The notes under the pieces: generated by a model
Databases searched by the model: none
What the model saw: the letters and a program-made list of their open reading frames with translations, nothing else
Told to the model about the DNA's origin: nothing
Translations under genes and position numbers: made by a program
Origin: a virus
Virus record (IMG/VR): IMGVR_UViG_3300031576_000019
Span: 1-64,000 of that record
Strand: one strand, 5' to 3'
Length of the DNA stretch: 64,000 nucleotides
In this document: positions 9,861-18,760 of the stretch, in pieces
Numbering within the stretch: the stretch's first letter is position 1
Layout of the letters: each line of letters opens with the position of its first letter

Positions 9861-10067
9861 ATGAATCCCATCGTCAAAGAAGCCGCCGATATGTTGAAAA
9901 GCGGCACGCCGGCAGTTTTCGTTGAATTGGTTCTGAACGAGAAAGGTTTCAACACTGATGAAGCCGAAGGAATTGTATGGGCCGCCCAGACCCATAACAG
10001 CACACCCGACCAAGCCTTCTTCAATGGCATTGAAGCCGACTTCCGTTCCGCGCTCAACGCGCGCTAA
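9861..10067 (+). CDS. Small early hypothetical protein
   Basis: AAAGGA RBS; MNPIVKEAAD... Confidence 0.6.
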   Translation: MNPIVKEAADMLKSGTPAVFVELVLNEKGFNTDEAEGIVWAAQTHNSTPDQAFFNGIEADFRSALNAR

Positions 10068-10187
10068 CTCCGAAAATAGACAGCCACCTGCATTTAGGCG
10101 TTGTCTCATAGTTGTTTTACATCTGTAGTTCTATCTATCAACGCGCCGTAACCCTTGATAGGGATACACGGCGCGTTTTTGATTCTC

Positions 10188-10421
10188 ATGTTTGGATTCG
10201 GAAAACCAGTAACAGTAAGCGTTCACCACGGCTCGTTGGCTGAGGCTACGAGCAATGAGCGAAACGCCCATCTGTACGGCGCGGCGGTCTGCACCGCCGA
10301 AGAAGTTGCCCTGTACAACGAGTGGGAGAACATTCCGGTCACCGGTGACCCAGATGCCGGGATTGTGGCGAACGGTTGGGACCCGTCCGCTCTCTACAAC
10401 ATCAAGGTCAAGGGCGAATAG
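10188..10421 (+). CDS. Small early hypothetical protein
   Basis: ATG immediately after hairpin+TTTTGATTC. Confidence 0.5.
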   Translation: MFGFGKPVTVSVHHGSLAEATSNERNAHLYGAAVCTAEEVALYNEWENIPVTGDPDAGIVANGWDPSALYNIKVKGE

Positions 10422-10500
10422 CGCAGAAGACAGCCAGCAGGGGACTGGCTGTAATGCGGCAGGCCAATCATGTGTTGGCTTCTGGTTCTCAGCCCCAGAA
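10421..10500 (+). ncRNA. Twister ribozyme candidate (permuted, P1 closed, with P3)
   Basis: GCA-GA-AGAC, P1 AGCCAG/CTGGCT, G-TAA-TGC, GGC, P3 GCCAA/TTGGC, P4 TCTGG/CCAGA with loop TTCTCAGCC; T1 only 3 bp. Confidence 0.6.
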
Positions 10501-10514
10501 GAAAGGAAACATTC

Positions 10515-10634
10515 ATGTTAATTGTGAAATTGTTGCGGGCGAGTGGGCGACTCCTTGAAATCGCCAAGACTACAGATGAGGTTATAGTCCCCGAAATACG
10601 CATTGCGAAGTATGCGGGAGAATCAAACAGATAG
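10515..10634 (+). CDS. 39-aa peptide between the two twister candidates
   Basis: AAAGGA RBS; MLIVKLLRASGRLLEIAKTTDEVIVPEIRIAKYAGESNR. Confidence 0.5.
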   Translation: MLIVKLLRASGRLLEIAKTTDEVIVPEIRIAKYAGESNR

Positions 10635-10694
10635 ATGCCCGGATTCAGGTCGCGGGCTGGTGCGTGTGTCGTGGTTGTGAAGAAATCTTTTGGT

Positions 10695-10770
10695 TTCTGG
10701 AGGCAGAGTGACGCACGCTAAAAACGTGCGGTAATGCGCTGACTGGTCACAAGCCCAGTTACCTATGGAA
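10695..10770 (+). ncRNA. Twister ribozyme (permuted, type-P5-like)
   Basis: GCA-GA-GTGA, P1 CGCACG/CGTGCG, G-TAA-TGC, GCT, P4 GACTGG/CCAGTT with loop TCACAAGC; pseudoknots GTGA/TCAC and GC/GC. Confidence 0.8.
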
Positions 10771-10815
10771 CGTCCTGCAACCTACTTGGGATACGCAGGG
10801 CGCTTTTGATTCCAG

Positions 10816-11013
10816 ATGACTACTCCCGCGATTGTGCAGACCGCTAACTGGCTCCGTTCAGAAGCCATTGAATTGATTGAAGACAATGCTCACCGAGCGG
10901 TGGGTGGGCGTGATTTGAGCGAGCGCCTTGATGAGGCCCTTGAAAATGTGTGGGAAGCCAAGCGCCTTGCCAACACTGCTGATGTTCTGGAATTCGGCAC
11001 TCCCAACAACTAA
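10816..11013 (+). CDS. Small early hypothetical protein
   Basis: 65 aa, ATG right after hairpin+TTTTGATTCC. Confidence 0.55.
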   Translation: MTTPAIVQTANWLRSEAIELIEDNAHRAVGGRDLSERLDEALENVWEAKRLANTADVLEFGTPNN

Positions 11014-11038
11014 CTAGCCCCCGTGAAAGGAGGGCACA

Positions 11039-11350
11039 ATGTACATTCAAGTCAACTACGCGCCCTCCGAAGATGGGTACACCCTTCATACAGACTGGGT
11101 TGAGATGGGGGTGATTCGGTTCGTTGATGAGGGTGGGCGTAAGGTCTTGGTTTGCCATGGGGACGAGGAGGGATTAGTGACTGCTCCAGATAGGTACATG
11201 AATTGGGCTGACATTGTAATTTGTTGTCACCCAGCTCAAGTGCAAGAGCGTCAAGGGATTACAACTTTGGGCCGATGGGAAGGCGTGACTGAAATCCGGT
11301 TCTTCCCCAACTTCATTCAGGTATGCCAAGCGGGAGCATACACCATGTAA
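11039..11350 (+). CDS. Hypothetical protein
   Basis: 103 aa, strong AAAGGAGG RBS. Confidence 0.65.
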   Translation: MYIQVNYAPSEDGYTLHTDWVEMGVIRFVDEGGRKVLVCHGDEEGLVTAPDRYMNWADIVICCHPAQVQERQGITTLGRWEGVTEIRFFPNFIQVCQAGAYTM

Positions 11351-11426
11351 TTCCCTCTAAGTTGGAGGGGAAGTCTGGCCTTGCCAATCCCGGCAGGGCC
11401 TTTTTGATTCCATAAGGAGATACAAG

Positions 11427-11753
11427 ATGTTCAATCTTGAGGTAGCTGACCCGCAGACCGTGAAAGCGGCTGTGGGCCAGACTAAAAGCTTGGGGAGCGG
11501 GGCGCGGCTCTCCATAGTGGTTACTCCGGCTGGGGACCCGGAGTTAGCCTTTTACACCACTGATAACAAGTTGGTGGTGAAAGATTCGGTGGCCAATTTG
11601 GGGGCGGCCATGGGGTTGAAGGAAGCCGCCGACTTCCTGGCGCGCTATGCGCGCGCCAATGTGGACGTGCTGGCCATTAACGACTGGGCAACTCCAGTCG
11701 TTAATGATGCGGATGATGGCTACATCCGCGATGAAAACGGCAACATTATTTAG
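11427..11753 (+). CDS. Hypothetical protein
   Basis: 108 aa, AAGGAG RBS. Confidence 0.65.
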   Translation: MFNLEVADPQTVKAAVGQTKSLGSGARLSIVVTPAGDPELAFYTTDNKLVVKDSVANLGAAMGLKEAADFLARYARANVDVLAINDWATPVVNDADDGYIRDENGNII

Positions 11754-11841
11754 TGTAGATGATGTTTTGCGGATGGCCTTGACCCATTAGGTTTCGGGGT
11801 ATTTCAACATACGTTGAAACCGACTAGTCAAGCGAAAGACA

Positions 11842-12006
11842 ATGAATGTTTTGTTTTACGCCAGTTACGCATTTTGTTGTGAGTGGATCTGGTATCTGGA
11901 GGCTAAAGGCCGCATTGCGCTCTGCTTCTGGGATGACACCCAGAAGTGCTGGGCCATGACGGATAGCATCCGTCTGATCATGACGGATGAGGGACAAACT
12001 GAATAA
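11842..12006 (+). CDS. 54-aa protein, paralogue of 12543..12710
   Basis: MNVLFYASYAFCCEWIWYLEAKGRIALCFWDDTQKCWAMTDSIRLIMTDEGQTE; below the ORF-track cutoff. Confidence 0.6.
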   Translation: MNVLFYASYAFCCEWIWYLEAKGRIALCFWDDTQKCWAMTDSIRLIMTDEGQTE

Positions 12007-12096
12007 CACCGAGAGCACGCGCCTAACCCGCGCGTGGAAGGTGGCCAGCGTCCGCATATCTCAAAGTAGCGGAGCATTTCCCACCGGGAGATTGAC

Positions 12097-12414
12097 ATGA
12101 GACAGAGATTTTCCTTTCACGAATTAACCATCACAGCAAATGTAGAGTTTGACCTGCAAAATGGGGAGGTTGAGATTGTGGGCAGTGTTATTTGCGAAGA
12201 AACCAACCGACGCGCGAATTTTTCTTATGCGCGTCATGCCCACAATGTTACGGCGGCTGTGCGTCAAGTTGAGAAGTTAGCAGAGAAAGAAGCTAATAAA
12301 CTGGCCGATGAAGTCTATCGGTTCAAGCAACTTGCGGCCGCCAACCGCAATGCCAATCGCCGCATGGCCTATGACAACCCCGAGGCCGAAGCGGAGTCCT
12401 ACGGAAATAAATAG
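12097..12414 (+). CDS. Hypothetical protein
   Basis: 105 aa, GGGAG RBS, followed by terminator-like hairpin. Confidence 0.6.
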   Translation: MRQRFSFHELTITANVEFDLQNGEVEIVGSVICEETNRRANFSYARHAHNVTAAVRQVEKLAEKEANKLADEVYRFKQLAAANRNANRRMAYDNPEAEAESYGNK

Positions 12415-12542
12415 TCTCCAGACCATGAGCGCCTCAGATGACTGAGGCGCTTTTGTTTGTGGACTATCTCATTATGCCCAAGCGGTTAGGCTTTCAGGGT
12501 GTTTCAACACATGCTGAAATCGGCCTGCTAGGCGAAAACAAC

Positions 12543-12710
12543 ATGGACACGACTCTATTCATTGTGCCAGATTACAAGATCGTAGTTTTATGGTTGAGAC
12601 ACCTGGCAAGCAAGGGTCGGGGAGCCTTTGTCTTTGCTATTGGTGGGGGTGCCTTTTCTATTAGCGAATCTTTCCGCATTGTTGCGGCAGATGAAGGGCA
12701 AAGTGACTAA
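12543..12710 (+). CDS. 55-aa protein, paralogue of 11842..12006
   Basis: MDTTLFIVPDYKIVVLWLRHLASKGRGAFVFAIGGGAFSISESFRIVAADEGQSD. Confidence 0.6.
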   Translation: MDTTLFIVPDYKIVVLWLRHLASKGRGAFVFAIGGGAFSISESFRIVAADEGQSD

Positions 12711-12711
12711 C

Positions 12712-12906
12712 ATGCCCACCCAAGTTGTTGAAATGACGGCCCTTGACTGGGCCAAAGAACAGGCCGCGCTCGCACAGGAACGGAGTGATTGGACAGTCGT
12801 AAGGGAAACGGTTGCCTTCATTGGAGAGATTCAAGGGGCCAACGGCACTCCTGACAACTTCACACTCATATCCGAGAAAGCATCCACAAGTGGGTGGACG
12901 CTTTAG
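12712..12906 (+). CDS. Small hypothetical protein
   Basis: MPTQVVEMTALDW..., starts just after the upstream stop. Confidence 0.5.
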   Translation: MPTQVVEMTALDWAKEQAALAQERSDWTVVRETVAFIGEIQGANGTPDNFTLISEKASTSGWTL

Positions 12907-13011
12907 TTTCTCTTTTCACCTTCGCCGACCTGTTCTCTGCAACTGGGAACATGGTCGGTTTTTCTTTCAGTTGCTTCGCAAACACCCATGCAAATCCTCA
13001 GGAGACACATC

Positions 13012-13215
13012 ATGTCCAACACACCCTACGCCGTAATCCTGTCAGCCGAGGGGCCTGCCTACGATGAGCATGCCTATGCCGAGGAACAGCAGGCAAATGC
13101 CTGCCCAGACTATCGCCCTGAGCCCAATGGGGCTGAGGTTGTGATAACGACAGGCCTGAATGCGGTTGGCTTCTTGGCCAACCTGGTTGCCTCAGCCTTC
13201 CCTGGCCCACGCTAG
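13012..13215 (+). CDS. Small hypothetical protein
   Basis: AGGAG RBS; MSNTPYAV... Confidence 0.55.
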   Translation: MSNTPYAVILSAEGPAYDEHAYAEEQQANACPDYRPEPNGAEVVITTGLNAVGFLANLVASAFPGPR

Positions 13216-13240
13216 AGTCGGTTTAGGGGATAATTGAATA

Positions 13241-13336
13241 ATGAACGACACACTCTTGGGCCAAATTGTTGGCCTAATTCTTTTGATTGGGGTGGCGCTG
13301 TACTTCATTGACAGCCTGAAACGCCCTAAGCGGTAA
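13241..13336 (+). CDS. 31-aa single-TM peptide
   Basis: MNDTLLGQIVGLILLIGVALYFIDSLKRPKR: hydrophobic core and basic tail. Confidence 0.5.
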   Translation: MNDTLLGQIVGLILLIGVALYFIDSLKRPKR

Positions 13337-13412
13337 GTCCTGCTTCTATTTCCTGTCTACCTATCACTGGCCCTCCAACTTGGAGGGCCAGTTTGCTTTT
13401 AAGGAGATCGCT

Positions 13413-13568
13413 ATGAATCCAGAAGAATATAACATCCCCAGCGCGTATGAAATCGCGCTGGAAGACGCGGTAGAGTCGGCCATTGAAAGTGGGGCCGACT
13501 CAGATGTAGCCATCGAAGTAGCCGCGGAGGCAATAGCGGCCGGGGAAGATAGTGTGGAAGGGTGGTAA
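13413..13568 (+). CDS. Small acidic protein
   Basis: AAGGAG RBS; very Glu/Asp-rich. Confidence 0.55.
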   Translation: MNPEEYNIPSAYEIALEDAVESAIESGADSDVAIEVAAEAIAAGEDSVEGW

Positions 13569-13570
13569 TA

Positions 13571-14200
13571 ATGGACTACACCTCAGTCATCGAGCAACTC
13601 GTCGCGGAGGGACGCGACGATGATGCAATCAAATACATGTCCTCTCGTCAGGCCGAGGGTCTGATGTGGGAGGATATGAAGGGGTTGGCCAAGGTCTTTT
13701 TCTGTTGCTCAACATTCCAAGAGTGGGCGGAGTTGAGTAACCGGATAGAAAATCAGACTGACATTCCTATTCTCTCCGACCCGGAGAGAATAATAAGGTT
13801 GGTCGTGAACTTCGATGGGGGGTCGAAGAACAATGGGTCGGTCACTCAAGTAGGCTATGGGTCTTATCGAGTGATATGGTGGGAGAGCCAGGGTTGGAAG
13901 CCTATAAGCCGTCTTCAATTCGGAGCCGTTACTTCCAACGTGGCAGAGTACATGACCGCCATTGCCGCCTTGGAAGATACCAAGGTGAATTTGGAGAAGG
14001 GTGGCTTTCAACCACGCAAAGCCAGGGTTGAGATGCGCGGGGACTCAGCCTTGGTTATCAACCAGGTACAGAGGTTATGGAAGATTTCTTCCACAATGGC
14101 CCCATGGGCGGACTGCTTGAGCAACGCGGCTCAGGACTTTGGGGAAGTGATGTGGGTGAAAGTCCCACGCGAGGAGAACGTGCGAATACTTGGCCATTAG
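13571..14200 (+). CDS. rnhA: Ribonuclease HI-like protein with N-terminal extension
   Basis: FDGGSKNNG, TSNVAEY, RGDSALVINQV and VPREEN motifs; the final conserved Asp after EEN is not evident. Confidence 0.8.
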   Translation: MDYTSVIEQLVAEGRDDDAIKYMSSRQAEGLMWEDMKGLAKVFFCCSTFQEWAELSNRIENQTDIPILSDPERIIRLVVNFDGGSKNNGSVTQVGYGSYRVIWWESQGWKPISRLQFGAVTSNVAEYMTAIAALEDTKVNLEKGGFQPRKARVEMRGDSALVINQVQRLWKISSTMAPWADCLSNAAQDFGEVMWVKVPREENVRILGH

Positions 14201-14213
14201 TTTGGAGGCTACT

Positions 14214-15644
14214 ATGAACATCAACAAACTGCTCAGTAATGATGAGGGCTTGATTGAGTTCTTCATGCCCGTCATTCAGGGACATGCGCTAAAGTTGCGC
14301 GATTACGCTGATGGGGTACAGGAGGGAGTGCTTCAACTCCTGCGAGCGGCAAAGTCGTTTGATGCGACCAAGGGTCCGCTCGTGCCCTATTTCGCGTTGC
14401 GCTTGATGGGGTTGCGTGACGGAGAACGCGACAAGGCCAAAGCGGGTGAACAATCGCTGGAGGCTTTGGAGGAAGACTTTGACCGCGAGTTTCCCGCAAT
14501 GGACCATCCCGACGCTGACCTTGCGGCCAGCCTCAGTCTGATAGAGGACGAAATATCGTTTGAGGCCAAGCGGTTGGATGGGTGGGCCGAGAACATACTC
14601 AACGATTTTCTCATATACACCGTGCCTACCAGTAAGGATGAACGCGACGAGAAACTAGCTTGGGCTAAACGCTTCTTTGGCCTTATTCCTTTGGTTGAGG
14701 AGGATGTGCTGACCGTCCGCTATTCCGAGCGCATTCAGATTGAGCGGAAAAAGATGGCGGGCCAAGCCTATCGTATCTTTGCCGATGATGTTGAGCCCGA
14801 GGCCGATGGCACTTGGGATTGGGACGAGGTTCAGGCCCTCAACGCCGATGGTGAACCAGATTTCCTCGAGGACTATGCCGATAACAAAACGGGCTTTGGC
14901 CAGTTCAATGTGTCTTGTACTATGTACGGGCTGTACGATGTTTACGACAGCTGTGGCAAGTGGCGCGGCATTACCAAGCGCCACCCAACCGAGTTTCGCA
15001 TGTGGACGTTGGTACCACACACAGAAATGCGCGAGATTTGGCATGCGCCCTTTGGAATAAACACCAAGCAGACAAGGGGGGCGCCCTACATCAGCCCGTA
15101 CTTCGGTACGCGAGGCGAGGACTGGTCAGATGAGGACTGGAAGGCAGAAATGGAAGAGGAAGCCGACTTTGACGAGTTCTTGGCCTATCAACCAACTCCC
15201 GAGGACGTTCGGCACCTGACCGAACGCCCCACCCTGGCCGAAGCCACCTCCAAGTTGGAGGGATTCCTCTGCAAGCTCGATGTTTATAATCGGGCCTTCG
15301 TTATGGCCACTCTAAGTGGCAAAGGGCCATCCGCTTGCTGGCAAGCCGCCAGAGATGCGGTAGCCGCCAAGAAAGCCCGCCAAGTTAACTTGGCGAAAAT
15401 TCGCAAGTGGGAGGCCGAAATGATTGAGCGTCTTCGGCCTCTGACCGTCAAGGCCGCTACCGAGACCGGTCTCGTGCTTACCACCGGCCAGAAATTGGCC
15501 TGGGAACAAGCGATTGAGTGTGCAAGGTATGTCCTCCCCGTCAGTGGCCTCCCCTTCAAGATGCTGGGAAGTATCTACCAGCACATTCATAACCCATTGG
15601 CCGACAAGTTTGTGAACGTGAAGTTGGCCGACCTGACAGTCTAA
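14214..15644 (+). CDS. Protein with sigma-70 region-2-like N-terminus and large unknown C-terminus
   Basis: DGVQEGVLQLLRAAKSFDATKGPLVPYF matches the sigma-2 pattern DLxQEGxxGLxxAxxxFDxxKG. Confidence 0.6.
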   Translation: MNINKLLSNDEGLIEFFMPVIQGHALKLRDYADGVQEGVLQLLRAAKSFDATKGPLVPYFALRLMGLRDGERDKAKAGEQSLEALEEDFDREFPAMDHPDADLAASLSLIEDEISFEAKRLDGWAENILNDFLIYTVPTSKDERDEKLAWAKRFFGLIPLVEEDVLTVRYSERIQIERKKMAGQAYRIFADDVEPEADGTWDWDEVQALNADGEPDFLEDYADNKTGFGQFNVSCTMYGLYDVYDSCGKWRGITKRHPTEFRMWTLVPHTEMREIWHAPFGINTKQTRGAPYISPYFGTRGEDWSDEDWKAEMEEEADFDEFLAYQPTPEDVRHLTERPTLAEATSKLEGFLCKLDVYNRAFVMATLSGKGPSACWQAARDAVAAKKARQVNLAKIRKWEAEMIERLRPLTVKAATETGLVLTTGQKLAWEQAIECARYVLPVSGLPFKMLGSIYQHIHNPLADKFVNVKLADLTV

Positions 15645-15698
15645 ATCCCTCCAACTTGGAGGAGAAACACAGGTGGAGGCGCTTCTTGGCCTCCACCT

Positions 15699-15728
15699 GT
15701 GAATAATCGTTCACTTTTCTGGTAGGAT
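15699..15728 (+). promoter_or_regulatory. Operator plus extended -10 promoter
   Basis: GTGAATAATCGTTCAC-ttttcTGG-TAGGAT. Confidence 0.6.
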
Positions 15729-15914
15729 GGAGACAGTATGAGCAAGAATCTCACCCCTGAGCAACGCGACAAATTCAAGAGGTCAGCGCGAATTTGAGCA
15801 TGTGCGCTGTGACTCAGACTGAGTTGCTTCGCAGAGATGGGGATAAACCAGAGGCATATTCTGGCCCATCCTTATACGAGGACTGCCCAAAAAGTTGCTT
15901 CGCAGGAGACCCAA

Positions 15915-16112
15915 ATGAAATGGATTATTGATGGCTTGAGGGGGAATCGGATGACCAGGAGAAGGAACGGAATCCTTCTGTCCTTAGAGGAGGTACTATC
16001 GGCTTACCCACTTGCATAGGTGGTCTATGTGAGTGACAGCGGGGGAGAATCCTGGCGACGGATCTGGGACTGTGTTTATGGGGAATACGAAGAACAGCCG
16101 GAGGTCAAATGA
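15915..16112 (+). pseudogene. Small gene with in-frame TAG
   Basis: TAG at 16017-16019; the frame continues to a TGA overlapping the next ATG (16109). Confidence 0.5.
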
Positions 16113-16294
16113 AGTGCTCCATCTGTGGTCACGAAACCATTAAACGTGACCCACCCTACTGTACTACCTGTACTTTGGTCACCTCCAACTTGGAGGACAT
16201 GCTGAGAACCAAGGGGGGGCGGAAGTACATTGTTGAACTAGCCGAACATCTGAAAAAGGAGAAATCCGATGACAATCGACCAAGTGATTGTTGA
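16109..16294 (+). CDS. Small zinc-finger-like protein
   Basis: CSIC...CTTC. Confidence 0.55.
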   Translation: MKCSICGHETIKRDPPYCTTCTLVTSNLEDMLRTKGGRKYIVELAEHLKKEKSDDNRPSDC

Positions 16295-16613
16295 ACTGGC
16301 AGCTCTGCTGGCTGCCGAGGAAAGCGAGCTCATTGTCTTCCTGGCTCCGCTCCCGCTGGAGTTGGACTTGGACGATGAGACTCCATCGTCCGAGAAAATC
16401 CGCCAGTACAAGAACTGGCTGGATGAACAAGGATAAGAATATGTACAAGTGTTCATTTTGTCACAAATCCGTAGGACACAATGGGTATTTGTGTGAGGGG
16501 CTTGTCTGCCGGAAACTTCTTCTTGAAAGCCTTGCTAAGGCCTACCAAGCCGAGGGCTTTCAGATAGACATGGCTCTTGACGAGGCAACAAATATCATCT
16601 TGATTGCTATGAC

Positions 16614-16823
16614 ATGAAATATTCCAATCTCTTTCAAGATTATCAGCCACGTCAAGGGAAGGCGTGGCTGCGTAGTCTCCCATCCGACATCCGCAAGAAT
16701 TTCTCCGTCATCGGCCTCATGGTTCAGCGTGAACTCAATCTCAACATCCACAGTATTGGCGGACGGGCCAATGTACAGAGAGCGAAGCGCGACTATCGCG
16801 GACGCTTTGTCAGGAAAGGCTGA
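16614..16823 (+). CDS. Small basic hypothetical protein
   Basis: 69 aa ending RDYRGRF, coupled to upstream ORF. Confidence 0.55.
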   Translation: MKYSNLFQDYQPRQGKAWLRSLPSDIRKNFSVIGLMVQRELNLNIHSIGGRANVQRAKRDYRGRFVRKG

Positions 16824-17233
16824 TATGAATCATTGAGAATGTCTTTCTCACCGTGACCGAGGGCATCGTCGTCCATCAGGTCAATGTTGCCCTTTCGCCC
16901 TCGTCTGTAAAAGATTGTTCACAATGTCCCCGAAACTTCTCCCCACTCCTAATCCATCCATCACCTTGGTCGTTATAGGCACAAACGTCCCCAAATATAT
17001 GCCCGTCCTATATGGCTATGGACCAATGCTGGATTATCCCGTTCGGAATCTTCAACGGGCCATTGAAGAGGCCGAGAGTATCTTGTGTCGCCTTGACACA
17101 AATCTAAGGGCCTCGCTCCGCCGCAAAGGAGGCGGTTGGGAGCCTCGTCCACCACCTCTAAGTTCTATCGATCCCTCATTCTACGAGGGAAGGGACGAGA
17201 GTTACTTCGCAGAATATACTCAGGAGATGAACC

Positions 17234-17617
17234 ATGTGTAAAGTTGTCAATGCTCGCAGAATATTGTTCGACGTTTTCATCGGACGGGCAAGTTCTTATC
17301 GGGCTGTCCGTCACAACCACAGTGTAGTTCGTAGTTCCACGGAAAACATTCTCCGAAGTACAGAGGGCTACTTTGGCAATCTACACCCAATAGGATGGTG
17401 CAATGTTTGTAAATGCAACCATGACCGATTGGGATGCCTTGAAGCCTACACCAACAGTTTCGCCCAGCGTGTCAAGAATGATCCCGAATTTCGGGAGGCG
17501 ATTGAAAGCCTGCGCGGTCAAACACTTGGATGTTTCTGTTCGCCCATGGCCTGCCATGGGCACGTCATTCAAGCCCATCTCAACAAGACCTCGTTGCTTA
17601 GTAGGGAGCAAGCATGA
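17234..17617 (+). CDS. DUF4326-like protein
   Basis: DVFIGR ... FGN ... LRGQTLGCFCSPMACHGHVI. Confidence 0.8.
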   Translation: MCKVVNARRILFDVFIGRASSYRAVRHNHSVVRSSTENILRSTEGYFGNLHPIGWCNVCKCNHDRLGCLEAYTNSFAQRVKNDPEFREAIESLRGQTLGCFCSPMACHGHVIQAHLNKTSLLSREQA

Positions 17618-17797
17618 TGAAACTACCCGCTACCCCAGCTCAACAACGAGCCGAAGTAAGGGAGGCGATTGACCTCTATGTCGAGGTCTTCAACCGTTCT
17701 CCCACCCCCGATCAACTTGCTGACTTCATGCCGGAATATACCCCGAAAGAAGTAGCGGTACTCTGGCACGAAGCCACCCTTATAGAAGGAGAACCCC

Positions 17798-18349
17798 ATG
17801 AATCCCAAGACGGTCAAGGAAGTTGAGTTTGAATTAGCCGCTCAACTTGCCGAAGCCGAAGAATGTCCAATGACTGTTATCGAGTGTGACATTCTAACTG
17901 TCCCTGAGGGAATTATCGTCCACCAAACTAATGCGCTGGGCTATATGGGGGCCGGGCTGGCGCTCAAAGTTCGACAGAAGTGGCCACAGGTCTATCAAAG
18001 TTATCGGGATAGTCCTCCAGCCCTCGGGCGTGTTCAACTTATTCGGGTAGCCTCAGGGCTTTGGGTGTGTAACCTGTGCGGGCAAGCGAGCATTGGGCGA
18101 AAGCGTCAACATACAAGCTATGACGCCATTCAACGGGGGCTTCAACACCTGGCGAACCTGGTGTTCGCCGATTCCGAGCTCAATGTAGTCAATGTCTACA
18201 TCCCCTTTGGCATGGGGGCCGGATTGGGCGGCGGCGACTGGCGCATTATTGAGCGCACCATTGCTCAGGAATTCCCAACGGCCATACTCTGCAAATTGCC
18301 AGAAGAAGTTGCTTCGCAGAAACAGGGGTATGAAACCGAAACCAGATGA
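17798..18349 (+). CDS. Macrodomain (Poa1p-like) ADP-ribose-processing protein
   Basis: IIVHQTNALGYMGAGLA, NLCGQ, IPFGMGAGLGGGDW. Confidence 0.85.
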   Translation: MNPKTVKEVEFELAAQLAEAEECPMTVIECDILTVPEGIIVHQTNALGYMGAGLALKVRQKWPQVYQSYRDSPPALGRVQLIRVASGLWVCNLCGQASIGRKRQHTSYDAIQRGLQHLANLVFADSELNVVNVYIPFGMGAGLGGGDWRIIERTIAQEFPTAILCKLPEEVASQKQGYETETR

Positions 18350-18760
18350 ACCTCACTACAACTTTGAGCCAGACCCAACCTCCTCTGAACTTATAGAGGA
18401 GATTTTTGAGAATTGGCAAATGTTGGCCAGTGAACTGCCCTCGGCCAGCCAACTGGTTATCGTATTAGCCGAGGATGTACCAGAAGTGGTCGTGCGGGAT
18501 TGGTATGCCGACCACGTTTAGTTGAAGGAGAAGCGCATGATCCCAAAAGAAATGGACGAGAGCGTGCGGAAGCTCTGGAGCTCTGTCACCCCTGACGAGG
18601 CCGAGTCGGGCCTCATTCAGGAAGTAGACAACGATATGTCAGCAGGCCACACACTTCCCGAACTACAGGAAGTGCTGGCCAACGAAGTTCCGCCCTTAAA
18701 AGTGGCGGCTTGGTGGCATGGGGTAACACGAAGATAATTGCTTCGCAGATAGAAATTGAA

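Noticed and set aside
13221-13333. Pistol ribozyme suggested by TTAGGG and GCCCTAAGCG
   Set aside because: No P1 stem around TTAGGG, and the interval is a plausible 31-aa TM ORF
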